Shown one piece after another: positions 1 to 10,100 of a DNA stretch of 64,000 nt (positions within the stretch are counted from its first letter, which is position 1; every line of letters starts with the position of its first letter). Made by a program: the position numbers and the translations under genes. Source of the DNA: Victivallaceae bacterium (GTDB lineage: Bacteria; Verrucomicrobiota; Lentisphaeria; Victivallales; Victivallaceae); assembly GCA_963664605.1 (NCBI GenBank), contig OY761536.1, positions 231,242 to 295,241 on the forward strand, written 5' to 3'. The notes under the pieces are model-generated. The model searched no databases. It was not told the DNA's origin and was given only the letters and a program-made list of their open reading frames with translations.

Positions 1-1
1 A

Positions 2-2044
2 GAACCGGATATTGATAACAATCCAACTTGGGTTATTTTCGATCCTGTGGCTGACAGTTACTTCAAAATAAGCGAGGCGAAATACCAGATGCTCCGGGTA
101 TTGTCCGCCAATATGGAAATAGAACAATATCTGGGAAAACTAAAATCCGTCGGAATCCATGCCGATAAGATGGAAGTTCTAAAGTTGATTAAGTTTCTAG
201 AGGAACACAACTTATTTATGCCGCGATATCTCCAGAGTGAAGCTCAAACACTTAAGCTACGCGAAATGAAAAAGAAAATGTTCTGGCAACGCTTGATGTC
301 AACATATTTATTTTTCAAAATACCAATAGTCAAGCCGGACCGCTTTCTTAACCACACAATCGACATTATCCAAAATATCCTTAACAAATGGACTTTGGCT
401 CTGTTATGGATAATTGCCATCTGCGGATATATCGGCTTGATTATGAACTGGCACAAGTTTACTGAGAAATTCATCAGCTCTATTTCACTGCAGGGTCTGG
501 CCCGTTATTCAATAGCGGTTATAGCGGTCAAATTTATTCATGAGTTCGCGCACGCTTATTCCGCGAAAGTGCATGGCGTCAGAGTACGCCGCATGGGAAT
601 AGCAATAGTGTTCTTTATTCCAAGACTGTATTCCGACCTGACCGACTCGTGGCGCATTCATGACTGGAAAAAACGGTTTCTGATTGACGGAGCCGGTATA
701 ATAAGTGAAATTATTATCGGTGGTTTTGCAGCTTTAATATGGGTAAACACGATTCCGGGGATTACTCATTCGGTCGCTTATTTTGTTTTTGCCGTGAGTA
801 TAATAAACACCGTATTGATTAACGGAAACCCGTTTATCCGTTATGACGGTTATTTTATGCTGATGGACTTTATGGGCATTGACAACCTGCAGCAGCGGGC
901 AATAGAAAGGACAAAAGCTTTATGGCGGAAACAGTTATTCGGGCTTGACCTGCCGACAAACGATCATACCAAAGGCTGGAAACGTCATTTTCTGGTAATC
1001 TTCGGGATTTCTGCTTTTATATATCGTATTTTTCTGTACACATCAATTATTATGATAGTTTATTTTCAATTTCCCAAAGCTATAGGTATTGTATTGTTGT
1101 GTTTGGAAGTGTATTTATTAGTAATTAAGCCCTTAACAATGGAAATTAAATTTTTAATTATGATGCGTAAAAAAATGAATCGGACCAAGTCTTTACTATC
1201 GTATATTGGTATTACTGTAATCCTGCTCTGTTTTTTCCTGCCTCTGCCCTGGGATGTAACTCTGCCTTGTGAAGTCAGGCCGGTGAATTTTGAAAGAATT
1301 TATGCTCATAGGGGATTTATCAGTGATATTCTGGTAAAGGATGGTCAAAGGGTAAAAAAGAACCAGCTTTTATTCAAACAGTCGGACCCATATCTTTCAT
1401 GGCGTCTCAAGGAAGCGGAAATCTCCATAAAAATTGACGAAACAGTTCTTGACCAGGCTCAAAGCAGTGTGGAAAGGCTCGGAGAAATAAAAATCGACCG
1501 CCGCTCTCTTCAAAGCAGCCGCAATTTTGTTAAAGAGTTAAAGCGCAAAGAAGCTTTATTGGATATAAAAAGCAGGCTTGACGGCGTCTTCTCTCTTTAT
1601 GACCAGAAATTGACTGTAGGCAAATGGCTTAATAATGGTGAGGTGATAGGCGAGGTTTATAATCCCAAACTAAAACAGGTAGTAGCTTATGTGGGAGAAG
1701 AAGAGATGCGTAAACTACAGGCAGGAGACAAAGTAAAACTGCACCTTGAGCATAGTTTGGAAACTTATTCAGGAGAAATTGTTTCAGTAAACGATGTTGC
1801 CGCGGAGCTTGAACCAACTCCACTGCTGGATGTATTCGGCGGCAGTATCCTCAGCAACCAGAATCCTAAACGGGGATACTTTAAGCCTTTGCATCCCCAT
1901 TATCAGGTCAATATCAGAATAGATGAAACCGTAGACCTCCCTGTAGGACGTTCGGGAGCGATAAATATCCGCAAATATTCTTCCATAGGAGGAAATATCG
2001 TCCGCAAGATAATAAATGTCCTGCAACGTGAATTAACTTTCTAA
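2..2044 (+). CDS. Fusion protein with a PqqD-like N-terminal domain, an M50 (site-2-protease type) zinc metalloprotease membrane core and a HlyD-type periplasmic adaptor C-terminus; the 5' end runs off the window
   Basis: The frame is open from nt 2 (EPDIDNNPTWVIFDP precedes the GTG at 47). HEFAH (HExxH) and NPFIRYDG (NxxPxxxxDG) lie inside a multi-TM region. The C-terminal ~250 aa shows the lipoyl-like/coiled-coil/beta-barrel pattern of HlyD/MFP adaptors. Confidence 0.7.
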   Translation, partial: EPDIDNNPTWVIFDPVADSYFKISEAKYQMLRVLSANMEIEQYLGKLKSVGIHADKMEVLKLIKFLEEHNLFMPRYLQSEAQTLKLREMKKKMFWQRLMSTYLFFKIPIVKPDRFLNHTIDIIQNILNKWTLALLWIIAICGYIGLIMNWHKFTEKFISSISLQGLARYSIAVIAVKFIHEFAHAYSAKVHGVRVRRMGIAIVFFIPRLYSDLTDSWRIHDWKKRFLIDGAGIISEIIIGGFAALIWVNTIPGITHSVAYFVFAVSIINTVLINGNPFIRYDGYFMLMDFMGIDNLQQRAIERTKALWRKQLFGLDLPTNDHTKGWKRHFLVIFGISAFIYRIFLYTSIIMIVYFQFPKAIGIVLLCLEVYLLVIKPLTMEIKFLIMMRKKMNRTKSLLSYIGITVILLCFFLPLPWDVTLPCEVRPVNFERIYAHRGFISDILVKDGQRVKKNQLLFKQSDPYLSWRLKEAEISIKIDETVLDQAQSSVERLGEIKIDRRSLQSSRNFVKELKRKEALLDIKSRLDGVFSLYDQKLTVGKWLNNGEVIGEVYNPKLKQVVAYVGEEEMRKLQAGDKVKLHLEHSLETYSGEIVSVNDVAAELEPTPLLDVFGGSILSNQNPKRGYFKPLHPHYQVNIRIDETVDLPVGRSGAINIRKYSSIGGNIVRKIINVLQRELTF

Positions 2045-2047
2045 ATA

Positions 2048-2797
2048 ATGAAGAGAGTATTTATGGAAAAAATATTTATAGTACTTTTGTTTTGCGCCTT
2101 AGCTGCAGGCTGCAGCTCAATCAAACCGGAACCATACGAAGTTAATTATACAAGTATTCCAATAAAAGTAGACGGCAAACTTGATGAACCAGCCTGGGGA
2201 AAAGCAAAACCTTTGCCCCTGCAGCCAATTCCCAGATCTTCATGTATTGAAAAAGGGGCCATAAAGGTTCTCTGGGATGATAAATATGTTTATTTCGGGG
2301 GTGTATTTTACGATTCTGATATAGTCCAATTGGCTAATAAAGACTGGCGGCATTATTACAGAACCGGTGACCTTATGGAAATCTTTTTAAAACCTGAAAA
2401 TAAACGTTATTACTGGGAATTATATTCAACTCCAAACAGCCTTAAAAACTCATTATTCTATTGGTCGGGCGGACGTCTAGGGTTGCGCGGCAGCAGCCTC
2501 GCATATAGAATGGAGGGAATGCTTGTCAAATCAAGCTGTGATGGAACCCTCAACAACGAGAAGGACTACGATAAACAATGGACAACTGAAATGGCTGTTC
2601 CAATAGGGGAGTTGGAAAAGCATGGAGAGAAGATCGAGCCTGGAAAAGTCTGGAGATTTTTAACAGGGCGTTACAATTACAGCATCCATCTTGACCAAAA
2701 AGAATTAACAAGAAGTGGAAAACCGGAATCAAACAGTTTTCACAGCCCAAAATCCTGGAGTCGCTTAAGGTTTTCAGGTTCCTCAAGCAAAAATTAA
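2048..2797 (+). CDS. Lipoprotein with a CBM9/DOMON-like (carbohydrate-binding family 9) domain
   Basis: Signal peptide with lipobox LAAGC. The IPIKVDGKLDEPAWGKAKPL ... WTTEMAVPIGEL pattern is present. The start lies 4 nt after the upstream stop, so the gene is probably co-transcribed. Confidence 0.6.
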   Translation: MKRVFMEKIFIVLLFCALAAGCSSIKPEPYEVNYTSIPIKVDGKLDEPAWGKAKPLPLQPIPRSSCIEKGAIKVLWDDKYVYFGGVFYDSDIVQLANKDWRHYYRTGDLMEIFLKPENKRYYWELYSTPNSLKNSLFYWSGGRLGLRGSSLAYRMEGMLVKSSCDGTLNNEKDYDKQWTTEMAVPIGELEKHGEKIEPGKVWRFLTGRYNYSIHLDQKELTRSGKPESNSFHSPKSWSRLRFSGSSSKN

Positions 2798-2941
2798 ATT
2801 GTATTTTTATAAGAATCTACTAATATCGCAAGCAGGGACATTGTAAAAAAGTATTTCTTTATTGATTTTCCCCGGTTCACAAAGTATATTTATATTTCAC
2901 CGCAAATTTTCAGGCCTTTAACAGAAAAGAGGAGTTATATC

Positions 2942-3184
2942 ATGAATATTCAGATTTTAACGTCATTTTTTATGTGGTGCACAATCATTAACGCAGGTTT
3001 ATTAATTCTTTCTGCTATAATGATTATACCTGCTGAAGATTTGGTTTACCGTATACACAGCAAATGGTTCTCTTTTTCCAGAGAAACTTTCAATGTCGTA
3101 ATATATTCATTCCTCGGCCTATATAAAATTGCTATCCTGGTATTCAATCTCGTTCCCTGGATCGTTTTGCTTATTGTCGGGTGA
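2942..3184 (+). CDS. Small two/three-TM membrane protein of unknown function
   Basis: 80-aa hydrophobic ORF with RBS aagaggag upstream, located directly upstream of the hemerythrin gene. Confidence 0.45.
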   Translation: MNIQILTSFFMWCTIINAGLLILSAIMIIPAEDLVYRIHSKWFSFSRETFNVVIYSFLGLYKIAILVFNLVPWIVLLIVG

Positions 3185-3205
3185 AAACTTAACTGGAGAT
3201 AGAAG

Positions 3206-3625
3206 ATGATTGTAAATCCTAGCAAATACATGACTGGAATACCAGTTATTGACAAGCAGCATAAGGAATATATAGCGCTAGTCAATAAACTCGTTGCCAA
3301 ACATAAGGGAGGCGGCATGTCAAAAAGAGAATTTTTTCATTACGTCAATGATATCGTTACCTATACCCTGGAACATTTTGACGCGGAAGAGTTTCTTATG
3401 CGTTCAGTAAAACATCCTTTTTATGAAGAGCATCTGGATAAACATAATGTTTTCCGTGATAAAATGGATGAGTTCCTTGAGCGGATAGATACAAAAGCAA
3501 TAGATATGGAACAAGACGTCGATTTTCTATGTAAGTGGCTCGTGGACTGGTTCAAAATGCAGGTGCTGGATGATGATATCAAGTTAGCTAAATTTATTAA
3601 GGAAAACAATATTGCCTGTGATTAA
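3206..3625 (+). CDS. Bacteriohemerythrin (hemerythrin-like metal-binding protein)
   Basis: GIPVIDKQHKEYI, EHFDAEEFLM and HLDKHNVFRDKMDEF match hemerythrin His/Asp/Glu iron-ligand motifs. RBS is ggagat. Confidence 0.85.
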   Translation: MIVNPSKYMTGIPVIDKQHKEYIALVNKLVAKHKGGGMSKREFFHYVNDIVTYTLEHFDAEEFLMRSVKHPFYEEHLDKHNVFRDKMDEFLERIDTKAIDMEQDVDFLCKWLVDWFKMQVLDDDIKLAKFIKENNIACD

Positions 3626-3646
3626 TTTACAGAGGAGGAATAAGTG

Positions 3647-4099
3647 ATGAGGTTATTTTTATTAATATTCACAATTGTTGTAATCAGTCTGTCTACGCCT
3701 CAAACCATCTATGCGCATTGTCAGATACCCTGCGGAATATATGACGATAACGCACGGGTAAAAATGATGCTCGAAGATGCCGCTACAGTAGAAAAATCCA
3801 TGAAACTGATTAGTGAATTAAGCTCTAAAACAGATGCGCAGTCCAAAAATCAACTGGTTCGCTGGATCAACAATAAAGAAAAACACGCTCAAAATATTAT
3901 TTCAACAATCAGTGATTATTTTTTAACGCAGCGGATCAAGCCGGAACAAAAAGATTATGTTGATCGTCTAAAGAAACACCATGCGGTAATTATCGCGGCA
4001 ATGAAAGCCAAACAGAATGTCGATATTAAATATGTAAAAAACCTCAAAAAATGCATTGAGTCCCTGCTTGCGTACTATCCCGAACACCATCACCATTGA
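3647..4099 (+). CDS. sodN: Nickel-containing superoxide dismutase precursor (NiSOD)
   Basis: The Ni-hook HCQIPCGIYDD (compare the Streptomyces HCDLPCGVYDP) follows a 23-aa hydrophobic leader ending IYA. SDYF and KHH blocks are conserved. GGAGG lies 8 nt upstream of the ATG, and an alternative GTG sits at 3644. Confidence 0.85.
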   Translation: MRLFLLIFTIVVISLSTPQTIYAHCQIPCGIYDDNARVKMMLEDAATVEKSMKLISELSSKTDAQSKNQLVRWINNKEKHAQNIISTISDYFLTQRIKPEQKDYVDRLKKHHAVIIAAMKAKQNVDIKYVKNLKKCIESLLAYYPEHHHH

Positions 4100-4112
4100 G
4101 GAGGATAAGTAA

Positions 4113-4484
4113 ATGTTGAAGATCAAGTTGGATAAAAAAAGAGGCATAGCTTTTCTGGAACCGGTTGAAACTCTGTCTAAAGAGGATTTTGAGAAAGCCG
4201 CTGCCGTCATCGACCCCTATATTGAAAAAAACGGAAAACTGCATGGTATAATAATACACGTAAAATCATTTCCCGGATGGGATTCATTCGGAGCTTTAAT
4301 ACGGCATCTCAAATTTATTAAAAATCATCACCGGAAAATTGCCCGCATAGCGCTGGCAACAGATTCACCTATCGGAAGTTTCGCTGAGCATATTACAAGC
4401 CATTTCGTCAATGCGGAAATCAGACATTTTCCCTTTGACCGCATCTTAGATGCTCAGGAGTGGGCTGCAGCCCCCGATGAATAA
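4113..4484 (+). CDS. STAS/SpoIIAA-like (DUF3478-type) protein
   Basis: LSKEDFEKAAAVIDPYIEKNGKLHGIIIHVKSFPGWD ... KIARIALATD ... IRHFPFDRILDAQEWA matches the SpoIIAA-like family pattern. Confidence 0.6.
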   Translation: MLKIKLDKKRGIAFLEPVETLSKEDFEKAAAVIDPYIEKNGKLHGIIIHVKSFPGWDSFGALIRHLKFIKNHHRKIARIALATDSPIGSFAEHITSHFVNAEIRHFPFDRILDAQEWAAAPDE

Positions 4485-4493
4485 GGAAATCAA

Positions 4494-4946
4494 ATGACAC
4501 TATATCTCGATGGAGATGCGTTCCCCAACCAATTAAAGCCTATCTTATTTCGTGCAATAAAACGACTTGCGATTCCGACATTTGTCGTCTCAAACAAACG
4601 AATCAATATTGGTGAATCAAATAATATCACTTATATCATAGTCCCCCCGGGACCGGATGAAGCTGATAAACGAATTGTGGAAATGCTTGAGGAAGGAGAC
4701 TTAGTCATAACGGCAGATATTCCTCTGGCTGACCATACCATAAGTAAAAAAGCTCATGCCATCAATCACCGCGGAGAACTTTATACAACAGCAAACATAA
4801 AAAATCGCCTGGCTATGCGCAATCTGATGCAGGAAATGCGCGATATTGGCATGCCGACCAAAGGTCCGGCTCCTTTCTGCGCCAAAGACGCACATGAATT
4901 CGCCAACCAGTTAAATAAATTTCTGACAAAACAGAAACTTGATTGA
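4494..4946 (+). CDS. YaiI/YqxD family protein (UPF0178)
   Basis: LYLDGDAFPN ... ADKRIVEMLEEGDLVITADIPLA ... NHRGELYT closely parallels E. coli YaiI. Confidence 0.75.
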   Translation: MTLYLDGDAFPNQLKPILFRAIKRLAIPTFVVSNKRINIGESNNITYIIVPPGPDEADKRIVEMLEEGDLVITADIPLADHTISKKAHAINHRGELYTTANIKNRLAMRNLMQEMRDIGMPTKGPAPFCAKDAHEFANQLNKFLTKQKLD

Positions 4947-5011
4947 TTTTTTACTTTTGCGGCGATATGTTCTCAAAGAGCTGTGAATATGATAAAAAAA
5001 AGGTTGTACTT

Positions 5012-6118
5012 ATGAATAAGCTAAAAATTTTATTTCCTTTATTTTCCATATTGTTCTCAAATATCTGCCTCGGAGTACTGCCGCCGGAATATTTCATTGC
5101 ACGGGAAAGAAATGCTAAAATCAAGGCTATCGCTATTGTCAAAAGCGTAAAATCTGGTTTTCTTAACAAAAAAACCGGTATTGAAACTCAAACCGTCACC
5201 TTTGAAACAATCAGCCCGTTAACTGATGATAAAATTCCAAAAATATTCACAGGTTATTGTTACAGCTCGACAAAACAAACTGGATATATTGGCGGAGAAA
5301 GGTATTATTATCCAAAAGAATCATTGGGCAGAAAAGTTTATGTATCAGTAAGCGCTGACAGAGGACAAATCGCTGATTTCAGATCTGTAAATAAAAAAGA
5401 AATAATAAAGTTGAAAAATCAATTTAAAAACCGGAATCTGCTGCTTGGACAAATGAATGTGGACGATTTGACAAATTCCATTCACCGCCCTTTCGACAAC
5501 TTATATTTGTTTAAAGTAAATGGCGAAATCCAAGGCTGTCTTGAACATAAAAAAAACAAGTCATACCCTCAGGCATATATGTCTGAACTATATTTCAAAA
5601 CCCCAAAATCATTCAAAAAATATTCCATAAGAACATATTATTCAGGTAATGGACGATTTCAACTTAATGAAATACATCTGGCAGCGGTCAATTCTCCGAA
5701 TGATGCATATACAATCACTTTTAAATACGACAAATCCCAAAAACCAGCCGAAGGCATTTTGAAAAAAGACGGGGAGTACCCTGCCGCTCTGAATACTATT
5801 TCAGATTTTACTTTATTTAATATTGTAAGCTTACTGCCATTTGATAAGAAACAAACCTTAAGTTTTACGCTAATTGAATCCCTCAAATTGAACATCAAAA
5901 AAAATATGGAAATTAAATTTACCGGCCGGGACAACGGTCTTTTCAAGTTTATTCAGCTGGATTCGAAAAAATGTTGTACTGCGCAATACTGGGTTGATAA
6001 AAACCACATATTGCAACGTGTCGCATGGGATAAGGATAAAGAGTTTATAAGAACAAACAAGAACTTTTCAATAAAGGCAATAAACAGCCAGAGTTCTCAA
6101 ATGGCACAGGAACAATAA
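5012..6118 (+). CDS. Secreted hypothetical protein
   Basis: The ATG at 5012 gives the signal-peptide-like N-terminus MNKLKILFPLFSILFSNICLG. No recognisable motifs; the gene is AT-rich. Confidence 0.5.
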   Translation: MNKLKILFPLFSILFSNICLGVLPPEYFIARERNAKIKAIAIVKSVKSGFLNKKTGIETQTVTFETISPLTDDKIPKIFTGYCYSSTKQTGYIGGERYYYPKESLGRKVYVSVSADRGQIADFRSVNKKEIIKLKNQFKNRNLLLGQMNVDDLTNSIHRPFDNLYLFKVNGEIQGCLEHKKNKSYPQAYMSELYFKTPKSFKKYSIRTYYSGNGRFQLNEIHLAAVNSPNDAYTITFKYDKSQKPAEGILKKDGEYPAALNTISDFTLFNIVSLLPFDKKQTLSFTLIESLKLNIKKNMEIKFTGRDNGLFKFIQLDSKKCCTAQYWVDKNHILQRVAWDKDKEFIRTNKNFSIKAINSQSSQMAQEQ

Positions 6119-6122
6119 AAGC

Positions 6123-7181
6123 CTAAAGAACTATCTCTGTATCCGCGTCAATTCCGGAAATTATTCTCAGCGTATCCGGCGTAGGCCCATCTACGGTCCT
6201 GACTAACACTTTTGAAGAGGAACCATCCTTTATTACGGTCAGGTATTCCAACTGGCCTATTTGAGTAATCGCTGATGCCGGGACAATATAAGCATTTTCT
6301 TTTCCCAGCTTCATTTCAACGATTCCAAACATGCCCGGCATCAGGCCTTTGATGTCCCCGGTAATATCCATTTTCACCAGAAATGTGCGGCTCCCGGGAT
6401 CTACAGACGGCACTATTTCTCTTATTATTCCTTTAAAAGTCCGCTTCAGGGCGCCTACATTAAATTTTATCACATCTCCGATTTTAGCTGATTTGACCAG
6501 TGATTCACGCAGAGGCACATAAAGCATCAAACGAGTCGGATCAAATATTTTCATAATGATATTTCCAGGACTGGCAATATCGCCGGGGTCATCAACGCGG
6601 TCTGAAACAATGCCATTCATCGGGCTCCTGATGGTGGCATAAGATAAATTGGCAGCTGCCTGTTGTAATGACTGCTGAGCTGCTTTTCTTGCCGCGATTG
6701 CTGACCTCAAAACCTGTTCTGCCTGCTCAAAGGTTTTGCGTGGAATAACATTTTCCGCCAATAATTTTCTCTGTCGTATATAGTCTTTTTTTGCCAGCTG
6801 CAGAGCCGCATCAAGGGACTTCATGTTTTCAATTATCTGATTTTCCGCCGCTTTTAGATCGCTGTTGTCAAGCTGTACCAGAATTTCATCCGCCTTGACG
6901 GAATCCCCGCTGCGCTTAGTTATTTCAATAATTCTCGCCGTAATGCGTGGAGCAAGCTCGATCTCATCCCGGCTCCTGACGGTTCCAACGCTTTTATATA
7001 CAATCGGGATCTCACTCAATTTCAGTTTGAACAGTCTATTTTTGCTGAATTTTTCATTCATAACAGGCTGCTCGCCTGGAGAAATCATGCCGGAACGGAA
7101 AGTTCCCGTTTGATATAATATAACGGCAAGAATTATCAACGCAGCAGCAATAATTACAATAATTTTCAATAATTTTTTCAT
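6123..7181 (-). CDS. Efflux RND transporter periplasmic adaptor subunit (MFP/HlyD family)
   Basis: N-terminal TM anchor, a lipoyl-hairpin-lipoyl pattern (VKADEILVQLD ... coiled coil ... IRSPMNGIVS) and a beta-barrel C-terminus. It has an ATGA overlap with the upstream permease. Confidence 0.85.
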   Translation of the reverse strand: MKKLLKIIVIIAAALIILAVILYQTGTFRSGMISPGEQPVMNEKFSKNRLFKLKLSEIPIVYKSVGTVRSRDEIELAPRITARIIEITKRSGDSVKADEILVQLDNSDLKAAENQIIENMKSLDAALQLAKKDYIRQRKLLAENVIPRKTFEQAEQVLRSAIAARKAAQQSLQQAAANLSYATIRSPMNGIVSDRVDDPGDIASPGNIIMKIFDPTRLMLYVPLRESLVKSAKIGDVIKFNVGALKRTFKGIIREIVPSVDPGSRTFLVKMDITGDIKGLMPGMFGIVEMKLGKENAYIVPASAITQIGQLEYLTVIKDGSSSKVLVRTVDGPTPDTLRIISGIDADTEIVL

Positions 7182-10100
7182 TTGGAAATCTCCTGTTTAT
7201 CTGAATTTACCAGCATATATATAGTGGGAATAACCAGCATTGTAAAGAAAGTGCTGGCAATCAATCCGAAAATAAGAGCCCAGGCCAAGCCGGAAAAAAT
7301 CGGGTCCAGCGTAATCGGCCACGCTCCCATCATAGTGGTCAGCGCAGTAAGCATTATCGGGCGGAACCTGACGGCACCGCTTTCAATTATAGCCTGACGC
7401 AGTGGAGTTCCCTGTTTCACCGCTTCCTGTATGAATTCAATAAGTACGATACTGTTGCGGATAACAATCCCGCCAAGCGCGATCATACCGATCATACCGG
7501 TGGCGGTAAAGAATATCGGATCGGAAAATCCGGCTACTTTGCTTCCCATAATCAGGTTAAGCAGATAAAACCCTGGTGCAATACCAATTATTGTCAAGGG
7601 AATGGCGCACATAATAATCAAAGGCATAAGAATGCTGCCGGTTTGAATAATCAACAACAGAAAAATTCCAATCATAGCAATTCCGAAAGCTATTCCTAAA
7701 TCCCTGAATACCCGCAAAGTTATTTCCCATTCGCCTTCCCCTGCCCATTCTGCCCGGATATCCTCCGGCAGCGGATCGTCACGCAGCGTATCCCATATTG
7801 TTTGTAAAATCAATTCACCCGGAGGCCTGCCGACACACTCTGCGGTAACAAAAACCACCCTCTGCAGATTCTTGTGATAAATCGGCTGTTCTGACTTTCT
7901 CCGGATAAATTTTCCGATCTCAGCCAATTGAACCATATTGTTATCGCCCCCCTTTATCCATAAGCGTCCAAGACGTTCAGCATCAAATCTATCCTGATAT
8001 GGAATCTGTACATAAGCATAAAGCGGAGTACGTTCATAAGGCCGTCTTATCAATGCCGTGTTATCACCGTTAAGGGCTATTTTCAACACATCCGTTATCT
8101 GCGCAGAAGTAATACCATGCAGCGCTATCTTATCGCGGTTAATTCTAAATTCAAGACGGTCATGCAATGTTTCAGACATATCATTGATCTCAACGATATG
8201 AATTGAATCTGTCTTCCGCAGCCTGTCTTCAACCGCTTCCGCTCCTTTTATCAGCTCACTGTATTTATGCCCCGGAGTTCCGTAAACCTCAACCGTAATC
8301 GTTGACAGCACCGGAGGTCCAGGCGGAACTTCCACAATATTAATTACCGCATTGTGCTTTTCTGCTATCTCAGTTACAGGCTTGCGAATACGCAAAGCTA
8401 TTGAATGACTTTGCTGTTCACGTTTCGCCTTATCCGCAAGATTTATCCGTATATCGGCAAGATTGGCTTCCTGCCGCATACCGTAATGTCTGACCAAACC
8501 GTTGAAATCAATTGGCGCGTTAATCCCGACATAGGCTTGATAATTATCTATCTCATTTACGGTAGCAAGGTATTTTTCCAGTTCGCCCACAACGTTATAA
8601 GTTTTCTCAAGCGAAGTGCCTTCCGGCATTTCCACAACCAACTGCAATTCATTTTTATTGTCAAAAGGCAACATTTTCAAGGGTACTTTAAACAGCATCA
8701 GAGCCGCGGAAACCAACAACAGAATCATTACCCCGCCCAGTAGGATAAACGCATTGCGCCGCTTCAGGAAAGGCTTGATAAATGCAGCATAAAGTCTTTT
8801 TACCCATTCCGGTGTAACATCAGAACCACTACTTCCTTCCGGACTTGCATTGCTTCCGGCTTTTTTCTTCAAAAGCCGATATGACAACCACGGAACAAAA
8901 GTCAAAGCGCATACCGTGGAAAAAGTAACCGTCAGAGGAACGTTTATAGCCATCGGCCCCATGTACGGCCCCATCATCCCGGTAATAAAAAACATTGGAG
9001 TGAATGAGATGATAATTGCCAGGGTTGACATTATCACCGGCGGAATAACTTCCTTAACCGCGGCGAGGGTGGCATGAAACGGGTCAAGCAGCCCCATCCG
9101 TATATGCCGCTGTATATTATCGACATTAGTGATCGGGTCATCAACCACCAGGCCAAGACTCAGGATAAGAGCGAAAAGCGTTACCCGGTTGATAGTGAAA
9201 CCGGAGATATAGTTAACGAAAAGCGCCAGAGCGAAACTCACCGGCACTGCCAGCCCGACAACTATTCCTTCGCGCCAGCCCATTGTCAGGGCAATCAGGA
9301 TAACTACAGTCAAAATAGCAAATATCATACTGGAGATCAAGTCATTGACTTTGTCGTCCGCGGTTTTTCCGTAATCCCTGGTGACAATCATTTTTACATC
9401 TTCAGGCAATATAGTCTGCTGCAGTTTTTTTGCTGATTCAATGACATTCTGCGCAACCGAAACGGCATTAGTTCCTGTTTTTTTGCTGAATGACAGGGTC
9501 ACTGCCGGATATATTTTACCACGTTCAGCTTTATCTCCCTTAAAAGCCGGGCCAAATCCTATATTTACATAGTTACTCTGCTCTTCCGGCCCGTCAATAA
9601 CTTTCGCGACATCCTCCAGGCGGACAATGCGGTCATCTTTCGCTGTAATCACCGTCTTGCGCAGTTGTTCGGCGCTTTCCAATCCCGGCATAGTTAAAAT
9701 ATTGATTTCCTTACCGGAGGATATGGCTTTTCCTACAGTTGCAACACTATTATCCTGAGCTAAAGCATCCTTTATGTCATTAAGGCCGATCTTCCTTGCC
9801 GCAAGGTTTTCGATATTCGGCTCAATACGGATCTGACGACGATAACCGCCGACAATTTCAGTAAGGGAAATATCACGCAAAGAATCCAGGCGGGCCTTGA
9901 CCTCCTCTGCCATTCTTCTTAACTCAAAAGCATCCCGTTTCGGCGAATAAAAAGTCAATGAAACAATCGGCACATCATCAATCTCAACCGGATTCACCAG
10001 CCAGTTTGTAACCCCCTGCGGCACAAGCTGGAGGTTTTCCTGGATCTTATCACGCACTTTGACCATCGCACGGTCTCGATCCTCTCCAACATAAAAACGT

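Noticed and set aside
4085-4096. The C-terminal HHHH of NiSOD was considered as an engineered His-tag or cloning artefact.
   Set aside because: There are only four His, in native-looking context (AYYPEHHHH), with no linker or vector sequence and normal flanking genes. His-rich tails are common in Ni-handling proteins.
4943-5011. N-terminal extensions offered by the ORF track here, and also at 17281-17331, 25962-25982, 36603-36650, 49272-49340, 34301-34384 and 10719-10754.
   Set aside because: Internal starts have better RBS spacing, remove overlap with upstream genes, give proper signal peptides, or line up with paralog or family N-termini.
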